In this document: piece by piece, positions 15,099 through 26,559 of the stretch | How the letters are laid out: every line of letters begins with the position of its first letter | Numbering within the stretch: the stretch's first letter is position 1 | NCBI GenBank assembly: GCA_022605425.2 | Contig: CM061246.1 | Span: 1,426,001 to 1,490,000 of the forward strand | Origin: Hamiltosporidium tvaerminnensis FI-OER-3-3 | Lineage: Eukaryota; Fungi; Microsporidia | DNA: 64,000 bases | Direction: 5' to 3' | Notes under the pieces: model-generated | The model's database searches: none | Seen by the model: the letters and a program-made list of their open reading frames with translations, nothing else | What the model was told of the DNA's origin: nothing | Made by a program: the position numbers and the translations under genes

Positions 15099-16373
15099 AT
15101 GGATCCATCGTATCAAAAAGTAACACCTATTCTTCCGTATACAAATATTATTTTAAACAATACCGGTAAATTTTATAGGAAGATCGGAGATGAAGTTATT
15201 CAAGAAAACAATTTATGTGTTCTTATTTTGTGTGGAGGGCAAGGAACTAGACTGGGTAGTGCAGATCCGAAAGGATGTTATGTTTTACCGGATATAAACC
15301 ATAGTATATTTAGTATTCATATGCAACAGATATCATCTCTTGGTAAAATATATTCTAAAGAAATTTTATTATTGGTTATGGTTTCTGAATTTACTGATCA
15401 TAAGACTGAAGAATATTTTAAAGTTAATCAGTACTTTGGTTTAAAAAGAGAAAATATTGTGTTTTTTAAACAAGAAAGTTGTATCTGTAAAGATTTTAAT
15501 GAGAATCCGTATTTTATTGATGAAAAAAACTTTGCTAGATCTCCCAATGGAAATGGTGGTTTATTCAAAGCAATGAAAGATAACGATATATTTTCTATTT
15601 TAAGAAAAAGAAATATTGAATTTGTAAATGTTATCTCTGTTGATAATGTTCTTGCAAGAGTATTGGATCCTATAATGATAGGATGTTATAAACATCATAA
15701 ATTTGATGTGCTAAGTAAAAGTGTTGATAGACTTCAAAATGAAAACGTTGGGATATTTGTAATGAAAGATCAAAAAATAATTATTAAAGAGTATAGCGAA
15801 GTCAATGTTGATGGTTTAAAGGATGGGGAAACTCAAACTACAGACACCTCTACTTCTAATTCATCCAGTGCCAATTCTTCAATTACAGAAATAACTTCGG
15901 AATCTTCTTTTTCCTCGACATTTGGTGAAAATCCGTTCCAGGCCAATATTTGTAACCATATTTTTTCAGTAAATTTTATGGAAAATATATCAAATAAAAC
16001 ATTGCCAATCCACCGTGCGGTTAAAAAAATACCGTATTTTGAAGGCGGAAAAATTATAAAACCAAAAGAACCTAACGGTTTCAAAGATGAATATTTTATA
16101 TTTGATTGTTTCGTTTTTTCAAATAATTGTGGTGTGATGAATGTTCCTAGACTTTTAGAATTTTCACCATTAAAAAACGGATACGATAAAACTACTGACA
16201 ATCCAAGAACATGTGTAGATGATATTTCTAAACGATCAAGACTTTATATGGAAAAATCCGGTGCAAAAATAGTAAATTGTAGAATATTTGTTTTGCCAAA
16301 AACCAGTGTATTTGGAGAAAATCTAGAAAGATTTCAAGGAAAAACATTCAAAAAAGACGAAGTGTTAAAATAA
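15099..16373 (+). CDS. UAP1: UDP-N-acetylglucosamine pyrophosphorylase
   Basis: Motifs LCGGQGTRLGSADPKG, SPNGNGG, SVDNVL, ANICNH, HRAVKKIP, EYFIFD and EFSPLKN. The first ATG is at 15099, after an AAATTT-type AT-rich signal; the 15045 start in the ORF track is TTG. Confidence 0.95.
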   Translation: MDPSYQKVTPILPYTNIILNNTGKFYRKIGDEVIQENNLCVLILCGGQGTRLGSADPKGCYVLPDINHSIFSIHMQQISSLGKIYSKEILLLVMVSEFTDHKTEEYFKVNQYFGLKRENIVFFKQESCICKDFNENPYFIDEKNFARSPNGNGGLFKAMKDNDIFSILRKRNIEFVNVISVDNVLARVLDPIMIGCYKHHKFDVLSKSVDRLQNENVGIFVMKDQKIIIKEYSEVNVDGLKDGETQTTDTSTSNSSSANSSITEITSESSFSSTFGENPFQANICNHIFSVNFMENISNKTLPIHRAVKKIPYFEGGKIIKPKEPNGFKDEYFIFDCFVFSNNCGVMNVPRLLEFSPLKNGYDKTTDNPRTCVDDISKRSRLYMEKSGAKIVNCRIFVLPKTSVFGENLERFQGKTFKKDEVLK

Positions 16374-16575
16374 AGTTTTTTTACGTCAATTCTTATGTTT
16401 TCCAGAAAACAACAAAATTTAATATAAATTCTACAATCGTTATAAGTTTAGATAGTATAAATAATAATTATTAATATTTCAATTTTTACTAATAAAAATC
16501 GTTATTTATAGATTTGTTGAATAAACGTCTATAGATTTATTAAACCACATCTCTATTTTCTTTATCTAATCAGTA

Positions 16576-17517
16576 TTAATAATAAAAATTAAAAAATAAA
16601 ATTGAAGAAAATGGTAAAATAATATTATCATTAAATGTAGTTAAATATTCAACACAACTCATGAACAAAAAATATAAAAAGAACTCAAAGGTATTTTGAA
16701 GCAAATAATGTAACAATATAGAAACAAAGAATCCAAAGAACGATCCTATTATAGACTTATCCACTGATTTAAAATATAAACCACCAATCGAAGAAAAAGA
16801 ATCCAAAATACACACACAAATTAATATTGCTTCATACTGTCTAATTTCAGATATAAAAAACTTTGGAAAAAAACACGAACAAATCAGTAAAATATGTGAT
16901 ACTGGAAATATCCCATTATCCTTGTCATTTTTATATTTTCGAGAAATATAATTGAACCATTTATTTGTAGTTAAAAATACACTTAAAAACAAAAGTATTT
17001 CAAACAAAATATCAAATTTACTATCAATTGTCACAAAAATTATAAATAAAAAAAAATGAAAAAGTTTTCTTCTGAAATTCAAATTGTTCCAACTTACAAC
17101 AAAATATTGTAAAGTTATAAAAATCAAAGTAAAAACAAAATCTAAAAATAATTTCCAAAAATTTTTCAAAACCAAATCAACACAAATATAAAATATTTGT
17201 ATCGGTATTTCGAATATAAGTAAAATATAAATCAAATAATAAATTATATTTGTACTAAACATACTTAAGAAACACTGATGATAAAATGTTATGTATAATA
17301 GTTCCTTATATAAATATTTTTGTTCTATTTTTACTAAACAATATGATATTATCAATATTTCTATATTTTTAAAACAATCAGTAAATTCAAAATACAGATA
17401 TAAAATATTCACTAAAATTTCTATTTTTTCTACTAAAGATACATTTATCCACAAATAAGATATAATTAAAAGAAATATTAAATTTTCTAAAATATATTTT
17501 TGATGAAATATCTTCAT
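16576..17517 (-). CDS. SEC59: Dolichol kinase-like CTP-dependent polytopic membrane kinase
   Basis: Multi-TM protein with RRKLFH, SHILLI, DSFSSIGG, KSIIGS and NDNIILP motifs. TATCCCT lies upstream of the ATG. Confidence 0.75.
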   Translation of the reverse strand: MKIFHQKYILENLIFLLIISYLWINVSLVEKIEILVNILYLYFEFTDCFKNIEILIISYCLVKIEQKYLYKELLYITFYHQCFLSMFSTNIIYYLIYILLIFEIPIQIFYICVDLVLKNFWKLFLDFVFTLIFITLQYFVVSWNNLNFRRKLFHFFLFIIFVTIDSKFDILFEILLFLSVFLTTNKWFNYISRKYKNDKDNGIFPVSHILLICSCFFPKFFISEIRQYEAILICVCILDSFSSIGGLYFKSVDKSIIGSFFGFFVSILLHYLLQNTFEFFLYFLFMSCVEYLTTFNDNIILPFSSILFFNFYY

Positions 17518-17682
17518 CTAAATAGGGATAAATGTATGTTTAGAAAAAATATAGAAATTTTAATTATTATTTTAAAAAAATGTGGTTTCATAAATATAAA
17601 ATGATTTATAAAGAAATATTTTAAAAAATAATTTACCAATGTATTTAAATCTAAACAGACAAGAATTAAAAAATATAAATTG

Positions 17683-17930
17683 ATCAAAAATATAAAATAG
17701 AAACAAAAATTACTCTACTAAGACCAGGAAAAATAAAATATAAATATCAGAAATATATAAAATAGAAACTATGGTCTAATCACCTAAGACCAGGAAAAAT
17801 AAAATATAAATTCAGAAATATAAATAAAACAAAAATTTAATCTACTAAGACCATAAATAATAAAATATAAATATCAGAAATATAAATAAAACAAAAATCT
17901 ACTCTACTAAGACCAGGAAAAATAAAATCA
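17683..17930. repeat. Tandem repeat, ~62-bp unit x4
   Basis: CTAAGACC recurs at 17718, 17784, 17845 and 17907 with shared AAATAAAATATAAATATCAGAAAT flanks. Confidence 0.9.
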
Positions 17931-17972
17931 AAACCATTAGAAGAAATTCTAAATTTATTGAGAATAAAAAAA

Positions 17973-18731
17973 TTAAATCAACAGTATTGCATTAACACAT
18001 CCATCGTTCTCTGGATGATTCGTAATTTGTGCATATTTTCCCCAAATAATATTTCCTGATTCAGAAAGCATTGCTAATTCAGAAACATTTACTTCAATAA
18101 CACTTCCTTTTGAAAGTACACCGAGAGATGTAAAAAGTTCAGAATGTGGATTTTGTTTGATACCAATTATTGGAAGTGTATGTGTTGTTTTGAGTTCTGG
18201 ATGTGTAACATGTGCTTTTCTAAATCTAAGAGCCATTGGTCGTATAAAACGCTCAAATTTTGGTGGTTTTCTTGTGAATTGATCAGACACAAAACATGGT
18301 TTATTTACTTTTCTTTTATACGTATTCGTTCTTCTTTTACCAGATTTCATCACAGAAAAAACTTCAGCTTCAGAAATGCCTTTTACTTTGGGAATCGGAA
18401 CAGCATATTTTCTCAATTTTATAGATTTTTTTTGCTTTTCTTTAGAAATATTTGTTGACTCTTTTATGTCACGATCCAGAAGAAAATGTGGAATTGCTGA
18501 TGTCTCGATTGGCTCAACCGTTTTCGTTTTTTTGCAAATTTCTTTTTTAATAGCAATTTTTTGTGTCCTTCGCGACTGATGAAACATTATTGCTCGATGA
18601 CCATGTAATTTACGTGCTAGTTTACTTATTTTGTGTGGTTCGCGTGCTATACGCTTTTCATTCTTTGAATCGTAATCTAATCTTCTACCGTGTCTTTTAA
18701 TAAATTCTTCAATAAAATTATTTTGTCCCAT
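17973..18731 (-). CDS. NSA2: Ribosome biogenesis protein NSA2
   Basis: MGQNNFIE..RHGRRLD, FTRKPPKFERFIRPMALR, AHVTHPEL and WGKYAQITNHPENDGCVNA. ACCCT lies upstream of the ATG. Confidence 0.97.
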   Translation of the reverse strand: MGQNNFIEEFIKRHGRRLDYDSKNEKRIAREPHKISKLARKLHGHRAIMFHQSRRTQKIAIKKEICKKTKTVEPIETSAIPHFLLDRDIKESTNISKEKQKKSIKLRKYAVPIPKVKGISEAEVFSVMKSGKRRTNTYKRKVNKPCFVSDQFTRKPPKFERFIRPMALRFRKAHVTHPELKTTHTLPIIGIKQNPHSELFTSLGVLSKGSVIEVNVSELAMLSESGNIIWGKYAQITNHPENDGCVNAILLI

Positions 18732-18914
18732 CGTAGGGTAAAAGGCATTTCGACAAGTAAATATAAAAAACTGAAAAATACAAATTTATATTTTTAAAAT
18801 ACTTTAAAACAAATATGAAAGTTATAAGGAATTATCGGTAACGTAAATTTCGTTTGGTTTTTTTTATGTAAATTTATCATTTAATTTTTGGTTTTTTATA
18901 TTTACTTGTTAAAA

Positions 18915-19107
18915 TTAAAAAAATGAGTTGTTTTTGAAATAGAAATTTGCATTTTTTATTTTTTTATAAAAATTGATTCAAATAAAAAAATGAGTTTTTT
19001 TTGAAATAGAAATTTGTATTTTTCCGTTTTTTTATAAAAATTGATTCAAATAAAAAAATGAGTTTTTTTTTGAAATAGAAATTTGTATTTTTCCGTTTTT
19101 TATAAAA
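18915..19107. repeat. Tandem repeat, ~67-bp unit x3
   Basis: AAAAAATGAGTT...TTGAAATAGAAATTTG occurs three times. Confidence 0.9.
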
Positions 19108-20094
19108 CAATTGTTAAAGAAATAAAAAAAAGTTCTTTAGAAATGTGAAATGAAAATCTATCATTTATTCTAAAACAATTGTTAGAAACTATAAAAAGAG
19201 TTGTTAAAAGATACATTTGATATTTACTTGCAAACAAGATTTTAAACTTAAAAAATAAATGATAAATTTCATAAACAGAGAAATTACTTAAACCGAATTA
19301 AAAAAAACATTTGTTCCGAATTCTTATTCAATGAAAAATATTTTTTTGAAAAAACGGATTTTTTATTGCAAAAATTATCTTACATTTAAACTTGCAAATT
19401 TAAATTTATAGTACCAAATATATTAAAAAGTTGAGACAAATACTATTTTAAATTTAAGAGATTACAAATAAAAAAATCAGAAATTATAAAAAAAATTATT
19501 TTGAGTTTAACAATTACCTTTTTTCAAATAATAAACTGATTTTTTTAATTTGAAAAGCCTATTTTTTAAACCAAAAAAATAAAATTCAAGTTTTTTAGAT
19601 TTGTAAATGCGGAGTTGGTTCGTTCAAGTAATTTTGCAAAAATAAGCAAAAATATAATGATTGATTGCGATTAAAATCATTCATACGCTTAGAAATATTT
19701 AGACAGATAGTTTTAAAAAACTCTTTATAACAATAGATAATATCATAATAATTATTTATTTCCCACACCCCTGAATATATATAACCAAAACTTTGAAACA
19801 AATTAAAATAAACATTGTTTTATTAAATTTTTAAAAAATGATTGAGTATGAATATCTAGTGACACATATTAAAAACCGAAACCAAGAAACTTTAAGATAA
19901 CCAATATATTCATTTTAAACAATTAGAACACCCCATTATACTTATAAACACAATAATATAAACTCATGAACACTATCACCTCATAATTACATAAAAAAAA
20001 TATAGTTTTACATTTTAATAAGATAATCATGTTTTATTAAATAGAATTATTTCGTTAGAAAAGAAACTTGTTTATTTAAATAACATTTCAATTG

Positions 20095-20870
20095 GAAAAT
20101 TGTCCTTTGCTATATTTTTTTCATGACATTAACTCAGTTCTAGGTTTAACATAAATTATTGATCGTGAAACTTATACACGTATTTCTTGAATACTTGAAC
20201 CTTAAATATTTAGAACTAAAAATTATTTAGACTCATTTAATAAACAGAGTAAGTCGCTAGATTTTAGTATATGTTAGTCTTTTGAAGTGTGAAATGAATC
20301 TAAAATCTCCTTAGGCCCCTCAAGACAAATAGTATTCATATCTAACTACCTTCCTAAACCGAATATACGTACGTTTATGATATATCTCTAGTGTTTACAC
20401 AAGGTTCATTTAACCTTACAATGTCATACCAACATCTATAACCTGCCACTTAACTTTCTTCGTTTCTTAATGATATTTATTCTTACATATCTCATGTACT
20501 AATTCTTTTACCTAGACAGATCAAGGCTTGGTTAATATCCATTTATATGGTAATACCTATAATTTTAGCCGTTTTTTCACCCTTAGTTACATAGATACCA
20601 CAAACTAAGATTGTAAAAAGGTTCACTACTTCGTAAATCTTCTACTCTTCATATTTATTTCATTAAAAAACACGAGAATTTAGTAAAATTTAATTCACAC
20701 GAAAAATAGAACCAACTATTTCATAAATAAACACCTATTCATCATAAACCAAATAATTTAGTAAAATTTAATTCACACGAAAAATAGAACCAACTATTCC
20801 ATAAATAAACTCACCTATTCATCATAAACCAAATAATTTTTAATAAGATTATCTCATCTCCACCAAAAAG
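20095..20870 (-). repeat. Unclassified ~700-bp dispersed repeat, copy C (with an internal ~80-bp duplication), abutting tRNA-Glu
   Basis: TTCATGACATTAACTCAGTTCTAGGTTTAACATAAAT (~20120) and CAATGTCATACCAACATCTATAACCTGC (~20420) match copy A in reverse. Segment 20677-20838 is duplicated in tandem. Confidence 0.75.
20865..20869 (-). terminator. RNA polymerase III oligo-T terminator of tRNA-Glu
   Basis: T5 run 1 nt after the discriminator base. Confidence 0.75.
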
Positions 20871-20942
20871 TTCCCCAACCGGGAATCGAACCCGGGCCAC
20901 CGGAGTGAAAGTCCGATATCCTAGCCACTGGACCATTGGGGA
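20871..20942 (-). tRNA. tRNA-Glu(UUC)
   Basis: 72-nt cloverleaf: acceptor TCCCCAA/TTGGGGA, anticodon arm TCGGA-CTTTCAC-TCCGG, T-loop GGTTCGATTCC. A TTTTT run follows (20865-20869). Confidence 0.97.
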
Positions 20943-21261
20943 TTAATAAAAAGTAAAATTATCCATACTACATACTACCAAATACCTACCATAAAGAAAT
21001 AATATATTTTTATTTAAATATGTATACTTCATTCTTTTTAAACATACAAAGTAAAATATACTTATGATTTATTTACTATCATTTCTAAACCACATACCTA
21101 CCATAAAATAACAACTATATTTAATATTATAATTACACACACTAACCTTTTAAAAATATAAAAAACAAATCAAATAAATTATAAACTTTTTTTTTATTCT
21201 CTCTACACCACCATCTTAAGTTATATTTTAACCAATATATATTATAAAACCACAACCTTTT

Positions 21262-21300
21262 CATTTAATAAAATTCTGGGTTAAAAAATTTTTCTCTTTT
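21262..21300 (-). mobile_element. Minimal 3'-end fragment of the R4/Dong-like element
   Basis: Reverse complement GAGAAAAATTTTTTAACCCAGAATTTTATTAAAT closely matches the 3' terminus of the 46877-50337 copy. Confidence 0.6.
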
Positions 21301-21319
21301 AAACAATTCACATACAAAA

Positions 21320-21660
21320 TATCTTAGATTAATTTAAATTTATTCATTGAATACTAGTACAATAATATAAACCAAACTACTCATTTTATTTACCTTCAAA
21401 ATATTTAGATTAATTTAAATTTATTCATGGAATACTAGAACAATAATATAAACCAAACTAATCATTTTATTTAACTTCAAAATACTTAGATTAATTTAAA
21501 TTTATTCATAGAATACTAGAACAATAATATAAACCAAACTACTCATTTTATTTCAAAATCTTGATTATTTAATTTTTCTGGAATACTAGAACAATAATAT
21601 AAACCAAACTAATCATTTTATTCACATACAAAAATCTTAGATTAATTTAAATTTATTCTA
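21320..21660. repeat. Tandem repeat, ~80-bp unit x4-5
   Basis: TTAGATTAATTTAAATTTATTCA...GAATACTAG.ACAATAATATAAACCAAACTA is repeated. Confidence 0.9.
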
Positions 21661-21688
21661 TAAAATATAAACCACCCACCCTTACACA

Positions 21689-21871
21689 ATGCACATACAA
21701 AATATTTACAACGAAATAGATAAAATGAATACAGAATTTGATAGACTTAAAAAAAACATTGAAAGAATGTGTTTCCAATATAAAAATATTTATGATTTTT
21801 TTGATCTTCAAAATAATTTATATAAAACCAAATCAAATAAATCAGTTATTATTACAGAAGAATCAAATTAA
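21689..21871 (+). CDS. Small coiled-coil protein, possibly DASH/Dam1 complex subunit Hsk3
   Basis: True ATG preceded by CCACCCACCCTT, as for neighbouring genes. The 60-aa heptad helix contains C.QYK.I, which resembles fungal Hsk3 as I recall it. Confidence 0.45.
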   Translation: MHIQNIYNEIDKMNTEFDRLKKNIERMCFQYKNIYDFFDLQNNLYKTKSNKSVIITEESN

Positions 21872-22169
21872 ACAGAGTTTTTGTTATAAGTTTTATTCTT
21901 TTATTATATTGTTCTTATATCTTTATTCTTCTTATATACTTCTTATATATTTATTATTCTTATATCCTTCTTATATTATTTCTTTATATTCATATTATAT
22001 CCTTCTTATATATTTATTATTCTTATATCCTTCTTATATTATTTATTACTAACAACCCTATTATCGATCTACTCATATCTATTATTTCTTTATCCTTACT
22101 ATTTAAATCTATCCATATCTATTATTTCTTTATCCTTCTATTATTTCTATTTAAATCTATCCCTTACTT

Positions 22170-24086
22170 ATGGATGACCCTTATACACCCAAAAAACGCC
22201 CTTTCAAACAAAAAATATCACCTCTTCGCTACAAAACACCAACCACCGAGTCATGGGACGGTCTAGATATATCAAACCAAGGTATAAAAAACATATCCTC
22301 TTATCTATTCACCCTAACATTTATAAAACACCTTTACATAAACAACAACTCTCTATCCTCAATTCCCCCATCAATTTCTCTTCTAAAAAACTTAATAGTA
22401 TTAGACATTTCAAGAAATTATCTTCGTTCACTTCCCAATGAAATATTTTTATTAAACAATTTACGAGAATTACACGCTAGTGACAATATGATAAGTAGTA
22501 TTCCTTTACAAATAGGTTCTTTATATCAATTACAAAGACTTAATTTAAATAATAATCCACTTATTGAACCGTATAATACTTTATATCTTGAAAGTGAAAA
22601 TTCTTTACTTTCGTTTTGTAGAGAAAATAATACTGTTTATCCTATACCTTCACCACGAGAATGGATTGAATATGAAAGTTGTTGTGGTCTTAGTATAACA
22701 GTAGGTTCTTATAATATTCTTTGTCCTTCATATGCTACTTCTACTTTTTATAAATATGTACCTTCTTGGATACTCTCCTGGGAAAATAGAAGAGATTCTA
22801 TTTTACAACAGATTATTGAATATAATGTAGATATATTGTGTATACAAGAAATGGATGCAAACAGTTATAACGAATACTTCAACCCGAGTCTATGCAGTAG
22901 TGTAGTAGGGGGTGGTGTAGGGGGAGTGGGTGGTGGTGTGAGTAGTAGTTTAGAAACAAGTAAAGAAACAAACAAAGAACAGTACAAAGAACAATACAAA
23001 GAAACAAGTAAAGAACACTACAACCACTACAATAAAACTTATAATTCCTTGTTTTATCCAAAATCAAGATATAGAAGTATGGATAACAAAAATAAAGGAA
23101 ACGTAGACGGATGTGCAATATTTTACAATAAAAATTTATTTTCCTGTTTAGAATCTAAATGTGTAGAATTTAACACTACAGTTTTAAGTGATAAAAGGTT
23201 TTACGAAAAAGGTGATATTTTAAATAGAAATGTTAATAAAGACAACATAGGAGTTATAACGATATTAGAAGTAAAGAGAGGTGGTAATGCGGGTAGGGGT
23301 GGTGGTAGTAGGGATAGTAGTAGGGATAGTAATAGGATAGATAGTAGTAGTAATATAAAAGATAATATAAGAGATACTAAAGACTATGCTAATACTAATA
23401 TAAGAGATACTACTAATACTAAAGACTATATTAAAGATACTAAAGATACCTACGTTGTTGTTGCTAATGTACATCTATGTTGGGATCCTGAATATACAGA
23501 TGTTAAATTATTTCAAAGTATCTTAATTATAGAAGAATTAGAAATTTTAGTACAGAAATATAAAAATAAAGGAAAAGTTTGTATTTTCTTGTGTGGTGAT
23601 TTTAACTCACTTAAGAATACAAATGTATATAAAATGATATGCACAGGTAGGATAGATAATAGTAGTGGGGTGGGGTATGATAGTAGGGTGGATAGTAAGA
23701 TAGATAATAGGATAGATAGTAATAACACTACCTATAACATATTAAATAACCAATCTAATAACATATCAAACACAGATACTAATAACAATAACCAACCTAA
23801 TATAACGAATACCTTTAATGGTTTTGACTATGGCCCTTATAATAATGGCTTTACTCATAATTTATTGTTAAGTGATACACATGAAAATACACTTAATGAT
23901 GCTACTTGTTATACTCCTGGTTTTAAAGGTGTTATTGATTATATATTTTATGGTGGAGAAGTTAAAGTAAATGGTGTTTTAACAGGTGTAGATGAAGAAT
24001 ATTTTAGTAAGGTTGTTGGGTTACCTTCTGTACATTTACCATCTGATCATGTGTTTATAGGTGGTAAGTATGTTATAAGGGAGTAG
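22170..24086 (+). CDS. CCR4: CCR4-NOT deadenylase subunit CCR4 (LRR + EEP nuclease) with three low-complexity inserts
   Basis: N-terminal LRRs, then SYNIL, LSWENR, DILCIQE, VDGCAIFY, NVHLCWDP, CGDFNS, GVIDYIFY and LPSDH. TATCCCT lies upstream of the ATG. Confidence 0.97.
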   Translation: MDDPYTPKKRPFKQKISPLRYKTPTTESWDGLDISNQGIKNISSYLFTLTFIKHLYINNNSLSSIPPSISLLKNLIVLDISRNYLRSLPNEIFLLNNLRELHASDNMISSIPLQIGSLYQLQRLNLNNNPLIEPYNTLYLESENSLLSFCRENNTVYPIPSPREWIEYESCCGLSITVGSYNILCPSYATSTFYKYVPSWILSWENRRDSILQQIIEYNVDILCIQEMDANSYNEYFNPSLCSSVVGGGVGGVGGGVSSSLETSKETNKEQYKEQYKETSKEHYNHYNKTYNSLFYPKSRYRSMDNKNKGNVDGCAIFYNKNLFSCLESKCVEFNTTVLSDKRFYEKGDILNRNVNKDNIGVITILEVKRGGNAGRGGGSRDSSRDSNRIDSSSNIKDNIRDTKDYANTNIRDTTNTKDYIKDTKDTYVVVANVHLCWDPEYTDVKLFQSILIIEELEILVQKYKNKGKVCIFLCGDFNSLKNTNVYKMICTGRIDNSSGVGYDSRVDSKIDNRIDSNNTTYNILNNQSNNISNTDTNNNNQPNITNTFNGFDYGPYNNGFTHNLLLSDTHENTLNDATCYTPGFKGVIDYIFYGGEVKVNGVLTGVDEEYFSKVVGLPSVHLPSDHVFIGGKYVIRE

Positions 24087-24540
24087 TGTGTAATTAGAGT
24101 GTAAGCATATATATAAGTAAGTAATAAGAGAGTAGTGTATATATAATACAATAAGATAGTAAGTATATAAGTATATAAGAGAGTATTAAGAGAGTAAGTA
24201 CATATATATTATATATATTATATAATAGTAGTAAGATAATACTTATATTATTTGTTTTAAATAAAGTTCTTGATGTATAAGTTCTTTAGTTAATATTTAA
24301 TTAAAATTATTATTCTTTGTTCTACTTATATTAAGAGATATAAATAAAGGTATTCATAGATTAGTAATAACTGTATAAATATTACATTTATAATAGTTTT
24401 TATATTACAGTTACATTTATATTACTTTTTAGACTTTTAATACTTTTAATAATACTTTTTATAATACTTACTTTTTTTATTCAAAGAGTTAAATAAGTAT
24501 TTAATTTTTGTGTTTATAAATACTTTTTATTTAATTTTTT

Positions 24541-26475
24541 AGTAGGCCCTGAAAAAATCATGAGCAAGAAGTTGGATAGAGGGATTCTGCAAGGAGATAG
24601 TTTGTCCCTATTGTTGTTTGTATTGTGTATGGATCCACTGAGCCGAAAGCTTAATGAGAAATACACAAAAGTGACAATAAAGACATATGTAGAATCCCAC
24701 GCGACTAATCATCTCTTGTTTATTGATGATCTTAAGCTCCTTGCCGAATATGAGCAAACATTAGAAGAAATGACGGAGGAGGTTAAAAAGTTTATGAATA
24801 ATATAGGATTGGAAATTAACAAAGAGAAGTCAGCCACTAATGATCCATTTGTGAAGATACTGCTACTCTTCTTGAAGGAATAGGTGTTTATCAATACCTT
24901 GGAATTATAGAAGTTAGCAGAGGAATTCCAACAAGTAAGTCGTTTGAGGAAGTACAGACTAAACTTATAGCACATGTCGAGAGAATTTGTCGCACGAGAT
25001 TAAATGCAAGGAATTTATTTCAAGCCATTAATCAACATGCAATTTCTTTACTAAACTATCATATAGGTGTACTCCGACTAGAACCGGCTGACTTCTCTAA
25101 GTTAGATGATGCGGTGCGTGCAGTGTTGGTGAATAACAAAATACATCTACGCCCAGGATGTAAAGAGCGTCCGTACCTTCCCAGAACAGAACTTGGGAGA
25201 GGTCTCCATAGTGTTGAGTTTAAAAGCGAACATATGCTTTTGCAACTCTTGGATTGTCTGGAAAAAAGTAAAGAAATATAAACTAGACGAGCAGCAATCC
25301 TCAAGGTGGAGAATAATAATAAAACCCATCTTGCACTAATAAAAGGCTTCTTAAAAGTAAAGTACAGGTTGGAAGAGGAAGTCACAAAAAATAAATTAGA
25401 AGAAGCTCAACTAGCTAACCTATATAACGAAATCAAAAACGAAAACTCCATTCAAAGTTATATAATGCAGGAAAAAATGAGTTTGCGAGTGTTAGTCAAT
25501 CGTCTAGATGGCTCAAAGAAGAAAATATTAGACCACGTGATGAAGTAGTGTTTTGCTATATCCAGGATAGCAATGTATTCTGGGGAGTAGATGATGTGTG
25601 TCAACACTGCAACCAGTCTAGGAAAACAGTTGATCACTTAGCAACGAGATGTGAAAAAATGCTTTGCCATGACTATTACTAGACGACATAATGAAGTGGT
25701 ACGATGTATACATTTACTCTTGCTGAATAAATATAAGTTTAAGTCTTCGAAACGAATTAGAAGCCACTCAGTTCAAGAAATTCTTGATAACGAATATGCA
25801 GAGATAAGAATTGACACCAGAATAAAAACTGATGTCAAGATCCCGTGTAACAGACCAGATATATTTATTTTAGACAAGAGACAGAATAGGATAACCCTCA
25901 TTGAAGTAGGAATCACATCTCAAGACTCTCTTCAAATAGTTGAAACAGAGAAGCTTAGGAAGTATGACCTATTAGCAAATGAGTTAGGTCTTATTTATAA
26001 ATGCAGTGTAGAGATAATTCCTTATGTGATAACCCTGAACGGTATTGTGACAAAATACCATAAGACGTATGTTAAGAGACTGCAAATACCTATGAATGTA
26101 GAAGCATATATACAATCCATAGTACTCAAGAAGACAGTCGAAACAACTTCCTTTGATCGACGGATAGGACATGAGTCTGGTCCAAATGCTCAGGAGAGCT
26201 GGGAGAGAGCATCATTAAGTGTTATCTTAGGAGCTGAGATGCATAAACAACCAATACCCCCTTTAAAGCAAGTAGACAACGAGGAAGATGATGTTAAAAC
26301 ACAAAATACAAAAAATATTTACTTCTTATTTTAAATGGTATAATCACAGCAAAGGAACCAACAACTAATACAAATGAAGAGTTGGAGGAGGAGGAAGAAA
26401 TAGAAGTGGTTAAAGAGGTAGAAGAAAACATGTAAAAAATGGTAAAAATATTTTAACCCTGAATTTTAATTCTTA
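24541..26475 (+). mobile_element. 5'-truncated R4/Dong-like non-LTR retrotransposon (RT + CCHC + RLE), interrupted by stops and frameshifts
   Basis: RGILQGDSLS, HLLFIDDLKL, YLPRTELGRGL, CQHC...HLATRC zinc knuckle, RRHNEV, RPDI...LIEVG endonuclease, and a TTAACCCTGAATTTT 3' end. Confidence 0.92.
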
Positions 26476-26559
26476 ATATTCCTCTTATAAATATACTATT
26501 GTTATAACCTTTATTTAAATTACCACATATGAAAATATTAAAAAGGTAAATAAAACCAA

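Noticed and set aside
15833-18579. Antisense ORFs inside UAP1 and NSA2 (likewise those in CCR4, eIF2A and RAD51)
   Set aside because: They fully overlap well-supported genes and show no motifs or CCC-ATG context.
21738-22052. 104-aa hydrophobic ORF upstream of CCR4
   Set aside because: TTG start, and it arises from a T-rich tandem duplication (21900-22030).
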